Source: the human T2T-CHM13v2.0 reference genome, Homo sapiens
Reading direction: 5' to 3' (one strand)
DNA length: 64,000 bases
Assembly: GCF_009914755.1 (NCBI RefSeq)
Contig: NC_060933.1
In this document: positions 11,746 to 25,700 of the stretch, in pieces
How positions within the stretch are numbered: position 1 is the stretch's first letter
Layout of the letters: each line of letters begins with the position of its first letter
Translations under genes and position numbers: made by a program
Notes under the pieces: generated by a model
The model's database searches: none
Told to the model about the DNA's origin: nothing
What the model saw: the letters and a program-made list of their open reading frames with translations, nothing else

Positions 11746-14700
11746 TGGAATGGAAAGTACCCGAATGGAATGGAATGTAATGGAGTGTAAGGGAATTAAA
11801 AAGAATCAATCCGAATGTAATGGAATGGAATTGAAAGGAAAGGAATGGAATGGAATGGAATGGAATGGAATGGAATGGAATGGAATGAAATGGAATGGCA
11901 TAGAATGGAATGGAATCAACCCGAGCGCAATGGAATGGAATGGAATGGAATGGAATGGAATGGAATGGAATGGATTCAACCCGAATGGAATGGAAAGGAA
12001 TGGAATAAACCCGAGTGAAATGGCATGGAAGGGAATGGAATGGAATGGAATGGTACGGAGTAGAATGGAATGGAACGAAATGGAATTGAATGGAATGGAA
12101 TGGAATGGAATGGAATGAACCCGTGAGCAATGGAATGGAATGGAATGGAATGGAATGGAATGGAATGGAATGGGTACAATTCGAATGGAATGGAAAGGAA
12201 TGGAATCAACCCGAGTGCAATGGCATGGAATGGAATGGAATGGAATGGAATGGAATGGAATGGAATGGAATGGATTCAACCCAAATGGAATGGAAAGGAA
12301 TGGAATAAACCCGAGTGGAATGGCATGGAATGGAGTGGAATGGAATGGAATGGAATGGAATGGAATGGAATGGAATGGAATTAACCCTAATAGAATGGAA
12401 TGGAATGGAATGGAATGGAATGGAAGGGAATGGAATGGAATGGAATGGAATGGAATAGAATTAACCCGAATAGAATGGAATGGAATGGAATGGAATGGAA
12501 TCAACTCGATTTCAATGGAATGGAATGGAATGGAATGGAATGGAATGGAAGGGAATGGAATGGAATGGAATGAAATTAACCCGAATAGAATGGAATGGAA
12601 TGGAATGGAATGGAATGGAATGGAATGGAATAGAATGGAATCCAACCGAGTGCAGGGGAATGGAATGGAATGGAATGCAATGGAATGGAATCATGTGGAA
12701 TGGAATGGAATGGAATGGAATGCAATGGAATGGAATGGAATCAACCCGATTGCAATGGAATGGAGTGGAATGGAATGGAATGGAATGGAAACAACCCGAA
12801 TGGAATGGAATGGAAAGGAATCGAATGGAATCAACCTGAGTGCAGGGGAATGGAATGGAATGGAATGCAATGGAATGTAATGGAATGGAATGCAATGGAA
12901 TCAACCCGAGTCCAATGTAATGGAATCGAATGGAATGGAATGGAATGGAATGGATTCAACCCGAATGGAATGGAAAGGAATGGAATAAACCCGAGTGGAA
13001 TGGCATGGAGTGGAGTGGAATGGAATGGAATGGAATAGAATGCAATGGTACGGAATAGAATGGAATGGAACGAAATGGAATGGAATGGAATGGAATGGAA
13101 TGGAATCAACCCGAGTGCAGGGGAATGGAATGGAATTGAAGGCAATGGAATGGAATCATCCGGAATTGAATGGAATGGAATGGAATCAACTCGATTGCAA
13201 TGGAATGGAATGGAATGGAATGGAATGGAATGCAATGGAATGGAATGGAATTAACCCGAATAGAATGGAATGGAATGGAATGGAAGTAAATGGACTGGAA
13301 GGTAATGAACCCGAGTGCAGGGGAATGGAATGGAATGGAATGCAATGGAATGGAGTCATCCGGAATGGAACGGAAAGGAATGGAATGGAACCAACCCGTG
13401 TGCAATGGAATTGAAAGGAAAGGAATGGAATGGAATGGAATGGAATGGAATGGATTCAACCCGAATGGAATGGAAAGGAAGGGAATCAACCCAAGTGGAA
13501 TGGCATGGAATAGAATGGATTGGAATGGAATGGAATGGAATGCTACCGAATAGAATGGAATGGAACGAAATGGAGTAGAATTGAATGGAAAGGAATGCAA
13601 TCAACCCGAGTGAAATGGAATGGAGTGGAATGGATTGGAATGGAATGGAAACAACCTGAATGGAATGGAATGAAATGGAGTGTAAGGGAATTGAATACAA
13701 TCAAACCGAATGTAATGGAATGGAATGGAACGGAATGGAATGGAATGCAGTGGAATGGAATCAAACCTAGTGCAATGGAATGGAATGGAATGGAATGGAA
13801 TGGAATGGAATGGAATGGAATGGAATGGATTCAACCCGAATGGAATGAAAATGAATGGAATAAACCCGAGTGGAATGGCATGGAATGCAAAGGAATGGAA
13901 TGGAATGGTACGGAATAGAATGGAAAAGAACGAAATGGAATGGAATGGAATGGAATGGAATGGAATGGAATGGAATGGAATCAACCCGAGTGCAATGTAA
14001 TGGAATTGAGTGGAATGGAAAGGAATGGAATGGATTCAACCCGAATGGAATGGAAAGGAATGGATTAAACCCGAGTGGAATGGCATGGAGTGGAGTGGAA
14101 TGGAATGGAATGGAATGGAATGGAATGGAATAGAATGGAATCCACCCGAGTGCAGGGGAATGGAATGGAATGGAATGCAATGGAATGGAATCATAAGGAA
14201 TGGAATGGAATGGAATGGAATGGAATCAACCCGATTGCAATGGAATGGAGTGGAATGGAATGGAATGGAATGGAAACAACCCGAATGGAATGGAATGTAA
14301 TGGAGTGTAAGGGAATTGAATAGAATCAATACGAATGTAATGGATTGGAATGGAACGGAATGGAATGCAATGCAATGGAATGGGATCAACCCGAGTGTAA
14401 TGGAATGGAATCGAAAGGAATGCAATGGAATGGAATGGTTTCAACCCGAATGGAATGGAAAGGAATGGAATCATCCCGAGTGGAATGGAATGGAATGGAA
14501 TGGAATGGAATGGAATGCAATGGAATGGAATGGAATGGAATGGAATGCTGTGGAATGGAATCAAACCTAGTGCAATGGAAAGGAATGGAATTGAATGGAA
14601 TGGAATGGATTGGATTCAACTCAAATCGAATGGAAAGCAATGGAATCAACCCGAGTGGAATGGCATGGAATGGAATGGAATGGAATGGAATGGAATGGAA

Positions 14701-17229
14701 TGGAATCAATTCGATTGCAATGGAATGGAATGGAATGGAATGGAATGGAATGGAATGGGTTCAACTCGAATGGAATGGAAAGGAATGGAATCAACCCGAG
14801 TGGAATGGCATGGAATGGAATGCAATGGAATGGAATGGAATGGAATGGAATGCAATGGAATGGAATGGAATACAATGGAATCAACCCGAGTGCTATGTAA
14901 TGGAATTGAATGGAATGGAATGGAATGGAATGGAATGGATTCAACCCGAATGGAATGGAAAGGAATGGAATAAACCCGAGTGGAATGGCATGGAATGGAG
15001 TGGAATGGAATGGAATGGAGTGGAATGGAATGGAATGGTACGGAATAGAATGGAATGGAACGAAATGGAATGGAATGTAATGTAATGGAATGGAATGGAA
15101 AGAACCCGTGTGCAATGGAATGGAATCGAATGGAATGGAATGGAATGGAATGGATTCAAGTGGAATGGAATGGAAAGGAATGGAATCAACCCGAGTGGAA
15201 TGGCATGGAATGGAATGGAATGAAATGGAATGGAATGGAATGGAATGGTACGGAATAGAACGGAATGAAACGAAATGGAATGGAATGGAATGGAATGGAA
15301 TGGAATGGAATGGAATGGAATGGAATGGAATGGAAAGGAATGGAATGGAATCAACCCGAGTGCAGGGGAATGGAATGGAATGGAAGGCAATGGAATGCAA
15401 TCATCCGGAATTGAATGGAATGGAATGGAATGGAATGGAATCAACTCGATTGCAATGGAATGTAATGGAATGGAATGGAATGGAATTAACCCTAATAGAA
15501 TGGAATGGAATGGAATGGAAGGGAATGGAATGGAATGGAATGGAATGGAATTAACCGGAATAGAATGCAATGGAATGGAATGGAATGGAATGGAATGGAA
15601 TGGAATGAAAAGGAATCAACTCGATTTCAATGGAATGGAATGGAATGGAATGGAATGGAATGGAATGGAATGGAATGGAATGAAATTAACCCGAATAGAA
15701 TGGAATGGAATGGAATGGAATGGAATGGAATGGAATGGAAAAGAGTGGAATGGAATGGAATGGAATAGAATGGAATCCACCCGAGTGCAGGGGAATGGAA
15801 CGGAATGGAATGCAATGGAACGGAATCATACGGAATGGAATGGAATGGAATGGAATGGAATCAACCCGATTGCAATGGAATTGAGTGGAATGGAATGGAA
15901 TGGAATGGAAACAACCCGAATGGAATGGAATGGAATGGAATGGAGTGTAAGGGAATTGAATAGAATCAATACGAATGTAACGGAATGGAATGGAACGGAA
16001 TGGAATGCAATGGAATGGAATGGAATCCAATGGAATGGGTTCAACCCGAGTAAAATGGAATGGAATCGAAAGTAATGGAATGGAATGGAATGGATTCAAC
16101 ACGAATGGAATGGAAAGGAATGGAATCAACCCGAGTGGAATGGAATTTAATGGAATGGAATGGAATGGAATGCAGTGAAATGGAATCACACCTAGTGCAA
16201 TGGAATGGAATGGAATGGAATGGAATGGAATGGAATGGATTAGATTCAACCCAAATGGAATGGAAAGCAATGGAATCAACCCGAGTGGAATGGCATGGAA
16301 AGGAATGGAATGGAATGGAATGGAAAGGTACGGCATAGAATGGAATGGAACGAAATGGAATGGAATGGAATGGAATGCAATAGAATGGAATCCACCCGAT
16401 TACAGGGGAATGGAATGGAATGGAATGCAATGGAATGGAATGGAATGGATTCAACCCGAATGGAATGGAAAGGAAAGGAATAATCCCGAGTGAAATGGCA
16501 TGGAAGGGAATGGAATGGAATGGAATGGTACGGAGTAGAATGGAATGGAACGAAATGGAATGGAATGGAATGGAATGGAATGGAATGAACCCGTGAGCAA
16601 TGGAATGGAATGGAATGGAAGGGAATGGAATGGAGTGGGTTCAACTCGAATGGAATGGAAAGGAATGGAATCAACCCGAGTGGAATGGCATGGAACGGAA
16701 TGGAATGTAATGGAATGGAATGGAATGGAATGGAATGGAATGGAATGGAATGGATTCAACCCGAATGGAATGGAAAGGAATGGAATAAACCCGAGTGGAA
16801 TGGCATGGAACGGAGTGGAATGGAATGGAATGGAAGGGAATGGTACGGAATAGAATGGAATGGAACGAAATGGAATGGAATGGAACGGAATGGAATGGAA
16901 TGGAATGGAATGGAATGGAATGAACCCGTGTGCAATTGAATGGAATCGAATGGAATGGAATGCAATGGAATGGATTCAACTAGAATGGAATGGAAAGGAA
17001 TGGAATCAACCCGAGTGGAATGGCATGGCATGGAATGGAATGGAAAGGAATGGAATGGAAAGGTACGGAATAGAATGGAATGGAACGAAACGGAATGGAA
17101 TGGAATGGAATGAATGGAATGGAATGGAATAGAATGGAATCCACCCGATTGCAGGGGAATGGAATGGAACGGAATGCAATGGAATGGAATGGAATGGATT
17201 CAACCCGAATGGAATGGAAAGGAATGGAA

Positions 17230-18670
17230 TCAACCCGAGTGGAATGGCATGGAATGGAATGGAATGGAATGGAATGGTACGGAATAGAATGGAATGGAAC
17301 GAAATGGAATGGAATGGAATGGAATGGAATTGAATGGAATCAACCTGAGTGCAATGGAATGGAGTGGAATGGAAAGTAATGGAACGGAAACAACCCGAAT
17401 GGAATGGAATGTAATGGAGTTTAAGGGAATTGAATACAATCAATCCGAATGCAATGGAATGGAATGGAACGGAATGGAATGGAATGGAATGGAATGGAAT
17501 GGAATGGAATGGAATGGAATGAAATGGAATGGCAGGGAATGGAATGGAATCAACCCGAGTGCAAAGGAATGGAATAGAATGGAATGGAAGGGAATGGAAT
17601 GGAATGGATTCAACCCGAATGGAATGGAAAGGAATGTAATAAACCTGAGTGGAATGGCATGGAATGGAATGGAATGGAATGGAATGGTACGGAATAGAAT
17701 GGAATGGAACGAAATGGAATGGAATGGAATGGAATGGAATGGAATGGAATCAACCTGAGTGCAATGGAATGGAGTGGAATGGAATGTAATGGAATGGAAA
17801 CAACCCGAATGGAATGGAATGTAATGGAGTGTAAGGGAATTGAATACAATCAATCCGAATGTAATGGAATGGAATGGAACGGAACGGAATGGAATGGAAT
17901 GCCGTGGAATGGAATCAAACCTAGTGCAATGGAATGCAATGGAATGGAATGGAATGGAATGGAATGGAATGGAATGGAATGGATTGGATTCAACCCAAAT
18001 GGAATGGAAAGCAATGGAATCAACCCGAGTGGAATGGCATGGAATGGAATGGAATGGAATGGAATGGAATGGTACAGAATAAAATGGAATGGAACGAAAT
18101 GGAATGGAATGGAATGGAATGGAACGGAATGGAATGGAATCAACTCGATTGTAATGGAATGTAATGGAATGGAATGGAATGGAATGGGATGGAATGGAAT
18201 CAATCTGAGTGCAGGGGAATGGAATGGAATGGAATGCAATGGAATGGAATGGAATGGAATGGAATGCAATGGAATCAACTAGACTGCAATGGGATGGAAT
18301 GGAATGGAATGGAATGTAAGGGAATGGAATGGAATGGAATTAACCTGAACAGAATGGAATGGAATGGAATGGAACGGAATGGAAGGGAATGGAATGGAAT
18401 GGAATTAACCTGAACAGAATGAAATGGAATGGAATGGAACGGAATGGAATGGAATGGAATGGAATGGAATGGAATGCAATGCAATGGGATCAACCCAAGT
18501 GCAGGGGAATGGAATGGAATGGAATGCAATGGAATGGAATCAATCAACCCGAGTGCAATAGAATGCAGTGGAATGGAATGGAATGGAATGGAAAGTACCC
18601 GAATGGAATGGAATGGAATGGAGTGTAAGGGAATTAAAAAGAATCAATCCGAATGTAATGGAATGGAATG
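17230..18670 (+). repeat. 410-bp-offset local repeat plus copy of ~9340-10560 (offset ~8.1 kb)
   Basis: The CAACCTGAGTGCAATGGAATGGAGTGG...AAACAACCCG cassette is at 17341 and 17751. GGCAGGGAATGGAATGGAATCAACCCGAGTGCAAAGG is at 9390 and 17531. GGTACAGAAT and CAACTAGA are shared with 9925 and 10180. Confidence 0.85.
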
Positions 18671-19944
18671 GAACGGAATGGAATGGAATGGAATGGAATG
18701 GAATGGAATGGAATGGAATGGAATCAACTCGATTGCAATGGAATGGAATGGAATGGAATGGAATGGAATGGAATGGAATGGAATGGAATTAACCCGAATA
18801 GAATGGAATGGAATGGAATGGAATGGAATGGAATGGAAGGGAATGGAATGTAATGGAATGGAATGGAATTAACCCGAATAGAATGGAATGGAACGGAATG
18901 GAAGGGAATGGAATGGAATGTAATCAACTCGAGTGCAGGGGAAAGCAATGCAATGGAATGAAATGGAATGGAGTCATACGGAATGGAAGGGAATGGAATG
19001 GAATCAACCAGAGTGCAATGGAATGGAGTGGAATGGAATGGAATAGAATGGAAACAACACGAATGGAATAGAATGTATTGGAGTGTAAGGGAATTGAATA
19101 GAATCAATCCGAATGTAATTGAATAGAACGGAAAGGCATGGAATGGAATGGAATGGAATGCAATGGAATGAAATGGAATGGCATGGAATGGAATGGAATC
19201 AACCCGAGTTCAATGGAATTGAATGGAATGGAATGGAATGGAATGGAATGGAATGGAATGGAATGGAATCAACTCGATTGCAATGGAATGGAATGGAATG
19301 GAATGGAATGGAATGAAATGGAATGGAATGGAATTAACCCTACTAGAATGGAATGGAATGGAATGGAATGGAATGGAATAGAATGGAATGGAAGGGAATG
19401 GAATGGAATGGAATGGAATGGAATTAACCCGAATAGAATGGAATGGAATGGAATGGAATGGAATGGAATGGAATGGAATCAACTCGATTTCAATGGAATG
19501 GAATGGAATGGAATGGAATGCAATGGAAGGGAATGGAATGGAATGGAATGAAATTAACCCGAATAGAATGGAAAGGAATGGAATGGAATGGAATGGAATG
19601 GAATGGAATAGAATGGAATCCACCCGAGTACAGGGGAATGGAATGGAATGGAATGCAATGGAATGGAATCATACGGAATGCAATGGAATGGAATGGAATG
19701 CAATGGAATGGAATGGAATCAACCCGATTGCAATGGAATGGAGTGGAATGGAATGGAATGGAATGGAAACAACCCGAATGGAATGGAATGTAATGGAGAG
19801 TAAGAGAATTGAATAGAATCAATACGAATGTAATGGAATGGAATGGAACGGAATGGAATGCAATGGAATGGAATGGAATGCAATGGAATGGGATCAACCC
19901 GAGTGAAATGGAATGGAATCGAAAGGAATGGAATGGAATGGAAT

Positions 19945-20935
19945 GGAATTAACCCGAATAGAATGGAATGGAATGGAATGGAACGGAACGGAATGGAATG
20001 GAATGGAATGGAATGAAATGGAACGGAACGGAACGGAATGGAATGGAATGGAATGGAATGGAATGGAATGGAATCAACGCGAGTGCAGGGGAATGGAATG
20101 GAATGGAATGCAATGGAATGGAATCTTCCGGAATGGAATGGAATGGAATAGAATGGAATGAAATGCAATAGATTCAACTCGATTGCAATGGAATGGAATG
20201 GAATGGAATGGAATGAAATGCAATGGATTCAACTCGATTGCAATGGAATGGAATAGATTGGAATGGAATGGAATGGAATGGAATGGAATGGAATTAACCC
20301 GAATAGAATGGAATGGAATGGAATGGAACGGAATGGAACGAAATGGAATGGAACGGAATGGAATGGAATGGAATGGTATGGAATGGAATGGAATGGTACG
20401 GAATAGAATGGAATGGAACGAAATGTAATGGAATGGAATGGAATGGAATGGAATGGAATGGAATGGAATGGAATGGAATCAACGCGAGTGCAGGGGAATG
20501 TAATGGAATGGAATGCAATGGAATGGAATCATCCGGAATGGAATGGAATGGAATGGAAAGGAATGGAATCAACCCGAGTGCAATGGAATGGAGTGGAATG
20601 GAATGGAATGGAATGGAACAACCCGAATGGAATGGAATGTAATGGAGAGTAAGGGAGTTGAATAGAATCAATCCGAATGTAATGGAATGGAATGCAACGG
20701 ATTGGAATGGAATGGAATGGGATGGAATGCAATGGAATGGAATCAACCCGAGTACAATGGAATGGAATGGAATGGAATGGAATGGAATGGAATGGAATGG
20801 AATGGAATGCCTTCAAACCGAATGGAATGGAAAGGAATGGAATCAACACGAGTGGAATGGAATGGAATGGAATGGAATGGAATGGAATGGAATGGAATGG
20901 AAAGGAATGATACGGAATAGAATGTAATGGAATGG
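19945..20935 (+). repeat. Copy of ~24025-24975 (offset ~4.05-4.09 kb)
   Basis: GAAATGCAATAGATTCAACTCG at ~20160 and ~24248; GCAACGGATTGG...GGGATGG; GAATGATACGGAATAGAATGTAAT at ~20905 and ~24948. Confidence 0.9.
20120..20134. promoter_or_regulatory. Perfect three-unit heat-shock-element motif nGAAnnTTCnnGAAn (representative of 14 copies)
   Basis: gGAAt-cTTCc-gGAAt. Also at 24208, 26091, 34802, 35861, 36788, 38576, 39046, 41788, 47613, 49436 and 49906, and reverse-complemented at 2460 and 3303. The motif match is direct; HSF1 binding here is inference. Confidence 0.5.
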
Positions 20936-21794
20936 AATCAACCCGAGTGCAGTGTAATGGAATCGAATGGAATGGAATGGAATGGAATGGATTCAACAGG
21001 AATGGAATGGAAACGAATGGAATAAACCCACGTGGAATGGCATGGAGTGGAGTGGAATGGAATGGAATGGAATGGAATGGAATCAACCCGAGTGCAATGT
21101 AATGGAATCGAATGGAATGGAATGGAATGGAATGGATTCAACCCGAATGGATTGGAAAGGAATGGAATAAACCCGAGTGGAATGGCATGGAGTGGAGTGG
21201 AATGGAATGGAATGGAATGGAATGGAATGGTACGGAATAGAATGGAATGGAACGAAATGGAATGGAATGGAATGGAATGGAATGGAATGGAATGGAATGA
21301 ACCCGTGTGCAATGGAATGGAATCGAATGGAATGGAATGGATTGGAATGGATTCAACTCGAATGGAATGGAAAGGAATGGAATCAACCCGAGTGGAATGG
21401 CATGGAATGGAATGGAATGGAATGGAATGGAATGGAATGGAATGGAATGGTACGGAATAGAATCGAAAGGAACGAAATGGAATGGAATGGAATGGAATGG
21501 AATGGAATGGAATGGAATCAACCCGAGTGCATGGGAATGGAATGGAATTGAAGGCAATGGAATGGAATCATCCGGAATTGAATGGAATGGAATGGAATCA
21601 ACTCGATTGCAATGGAATGGAATGGAATGGAATGGAATGGAATGGAATAGAATGGAATGGAATTAACCCGAATAGAATGGAATGGAATGGAATGGAAGTA
21701 AATGGAATGGAAGGTAATGAACCCGAGTGCAGGGGAATGGAATGGAATGGAATGCAATGGAATGGAGTCATCCGGAATGGAACGGAAAGGAATG

Positions 21795-22720
21795 GAATGG
21801 AACCAACCCGTGTGCAATGGAATTGAAAGGAATGGAATGGAATGGAATGGAATGGAATGGAATGGAATGGATTCAACCCGAATGGAATGGAAAGGAAGGG
21901 AATCAACCCAAGTGGAATGGCATGGAATGGAATGGATTGGAATGGAATGGAATGGAATGGTACCGAATGGAATGGAATGGAATGGTACCGAATAGAATGG
22001 AATGGAACGAAATGGAATGGAATGGAATGGAATGGAATCGAATGAACCCGTGTGCAATGGATTGGAATGGAATGGAATGGAATGGAATGGAATTGAATGG
22101 GTTCGAGTCGAATGGAACGGAATGGAATGAAATCAACCCGAGTGGAATGGCATGGAATGGAATGGAATGGAATGGAATGGAATGGAAACAACACGAGTGC
22201 AATGTAATGGAATCGAATGGAATGGAATGCTATGGATTCAACCCGAATGGAATGGAAACGAATGGAATAAAACCGAGTGGAATGGCATGGAATGGAGTCT
22301 AATGGAATGGAATGGAATGGAATGGTATGGAATAGAATAGAATGGAACGAAATGGAATGGAATGGAATGGAATGAAATGAACCCGTGTGCAATGGAATGG
22401 AATGGAATGGAATGGAATGGAATGGATTCAACTCGAATGGAATGGAAAGGAATGGAATCAACCCGAGTGGAATGGCATGGAATGGAATGGAATGGAATGG
22501 AATGGAATGGAATGGAATGGAATTAACCCTAATAGAATGGAATGGAATGGAATGGAATGGAATGGAATGGAATGGAATGGAAGGAAATGGAATGGAATGG
22601 AATGGAAGGGAATGGAATGGAATGGAATGGAATGGTACGGAATAGAATGGAATGGAACGAAATGGAATGGAATGGAATGGAATGGAATGGAATGGAATGG
22701 AATCAACCCGAGTGCAGGGG
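21795..22720 (+). repeat. Copy of ~26255-27190 (offset ~4.46 kb)
   Basis: AACCAACCCGTGTGCAATGGAATTGAAAGG (21801 / 26262), AAACAACACGAGT (22186 / 26642), AATAAAACCGAGT, GAGTCTAATGG (22295 / 26751). Confidence 0.9.
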
Positions 22721-25700
22721 AATGGAATGGAATGGAAGACAATGGAATGACATCATTCGGAATTGAATGGAATGGAATGGAATGGAATGGAATCAACTCG
22801 ATTGAAATGGAATGGAATGGAATGGAATGGAATGGCATGAAATGCAATGGATTCAACTCGATTGCAATGGAATGGAATAGAATGGAATGGAATGGAATGG
22901 AATGGAATTAACCCGAATAGAATGGAATGGAATGGAATGGAACGGAATGGAACGGAATGGAATGGAATGGAATGGTATGGAATGGAATGGAATGGAATCA
23001 ACACGAGTGCAATGGAATGGAGTGGAATGGAATGGAATGGAATGGAACAACCCGAATGGAATGGAATGGAATGGAGAGTAAGAGAGTTGAATAGAGTCAG
23101 TCCGAATGTAATGGAATGGAATGCAACGGAATGGAATGGAATGGAATGGAATGGAATGCAATGGAATAGAATCAACCCGAGTACAATGGAATGGAATGGA
23201 ATGGAATGGAATGGAATGGAATTGAATGGAATGGAATTGAATGGAATGGAATGCCTTCAAACCGAATGGAATGGAAAGGAATGGAATCAACAAGAGTGGA
23301 ATGGAATGGAATGGAATGGAAAGGAATGGAATGGAATGGAACGGTACGGAATAGAATGGAATGGAAGGAAATGGAATGGAATGGAATGGAATGGAATGGA
23401 ATGGAATGGAATGGAATGGAAACGTTCCGAGTGGAATAGGAGGGAATGTATTCGAGTGGAATGGAAAGGAATAGAATCAACCAGAGTGGAATGGAAGGGA
23501 ATGGAATGGAATGGAAACTAATAGAATGGAATCAACCCGAGTGGAATGGAATGGAAAGGACTGGAATGGAATGCAATGGAATGGAATGGAATGGAATCAA
23601 CTCGATTGTAATAGAATGGAATGGAATGGAATGGAATGGAATGAAATGGCATGGAATGGAATTACCCCGAATACAATGGAATGGAATGGAATGGAAGGGA
23701 TTGGAGTGGAATGGAATGGAATCAACTCGAGTGCAGGGAAATGGAATGGAATGGAATGCAATGGAATGGAATCATCCGGAATGGAATGGAATGGAATGGA
23801 ATGCAAAGCAATGGAATCAACTCGATTGCAATGGAATGGAATGGAACGGAAAGGAATAGAATGGAATCAACCCGAGTGGAATGGAATGGAAAGGACTGGA
23901 ATGGAGTGGAATGGAATGGAATGGAATGGAATGGAATGGAATCAACTCGATTGGAATGGAATGGAATGGAATGGAATGGAATGGAATGGAATCAACTCGA
24001 TTGCAATCGAATGGAATGGAATGGAATTAACCCGAATAGAATGGAATGGAATGGAATGGAACGGAACGGAATGGAATGGAATGGAATGGAATGAAATGGA
24101 AGGGAACGGAACGGAATGGAATGGAATGGAATGGAATGGAATGGAATGGAATGGAATGGAATCAACGCGAGTGCAGGGGAATGGAATGGAATGGAATGCA
24201 ATGGAATGGAATCTTCCGGAATGGAATGGAATGGAATAGAATGGAATGAAATGCAATAGATTCAACTCGATTGCAATGGAATGGAATGGAATGGAATGGA
24301 ATGAAATGCAATGGATTCAACTCGATTGCAATGGAATGGAATAGATTGGAATGGAATGGAATGGAATGGAATGGAATTAACCCGAATAGAATGGAATGGA
24401 ATGGAATGGAACGGAATGGAACGAAATGGAATGGAACGAAATGGAATGGAATAGAATGGTATGGAATGGAATGGAATGGTACGGAATAGAATGGAATGGA
24501 ACGAAATGTAATGGAATGGAATTGAATGGAATGGAATGGAATGGAATGGAATGGAATCAACGCGAGTGCAGGGGAATGTAATGGAATGGAATGCAATGGA
24601 ATGGAATCATCCGGAATGGAATGGAATGGAATGGAAAGGAATGGAATCAACACGAGTGCAATGGAATGGAGTGGAATGGAATGGAATGGAATGGAACAAC
24701 GCGAATGGAATGGAATGTAATGGAGAGTAAGGGAGTTGAATAGAATCAATCCGAATGTAATGGAATGGAATGCAACGGATTGGAATGGAATGGAATGGGA
24801 TGGAATGCAATGGAATGGAATCAACCCGAGTACAATGGAATGGAATGGAATGGAATGGAATGGAATGGAATGGAATGGAATGCCTTCAAACCGAATGGAA
24901 TGGAAAGGAATGGAATCAACACGAGTGGAATGGAATGGAATGGAATGGAATGATACGGAATAGAATGTAATGGAACGAAATGGAATGGAATGGAATGGAA
25001 TGGAATGGAATGGAATGGAATGGAATGGAATCATTCCGAGTGGAATAGGAGGGAATGTATTCGAGTGGAATGGAAAGGAATGGAATCAACCAGAGTGGAA
25101 TGGAAGGGAATGGAATGGAATGGAATGGAATGGAATGGAATGGAATGGAATCAACTCGATTGTAATGGAATGGAATGGAATGGAATGGAATGGAATGGAA
25201 TGGAATGGAATGGAATGGAATGGAATTAACCCGAATACAATGGAATGGAATGGAATGCAATGGAATGGAGTGGAATGGAATGGAATCAACCCGACTGCAG
25301 GGGAATGCAATGGAATGGAATGCAATGGAATGGAGTCATCCGGAATGGAATGGAATGGAATGGAATGCAAAGCAATGGAATCAACTTGATTGCAATGGAA
25401 TGGAATGGAATGGAAAGGAATACATTGGAATCAACCCGAGTGGAATGGAATGGAAAGGACTGGAATGGAGTGGAATGGAATGGAATGGAATGGAATGGAA
25501 TCAACTCGATTGGAATGGAATGGAATGGAATGGAATGGAATGGAATGGAATGGAATGGAATTAACCCGAATAGAATGGAATGGAATGGAATGGAACGGAA
25601 CGGAACAGAATGGAATGGATTGGAATGGAATGGAATGGAATGGAATGGAATCAACCAGACTGCAGGGGAATGGAATGGAATGGAATGCAATGGAATGGAT

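Noticed and set aside
1-16900. Perfect palindrome from a fold-back sequencing artefact
   Set aside because: The arms are not symmetric about 8451, have diverged in sequence and are rearranged. Read-level confirmation is still desirable.
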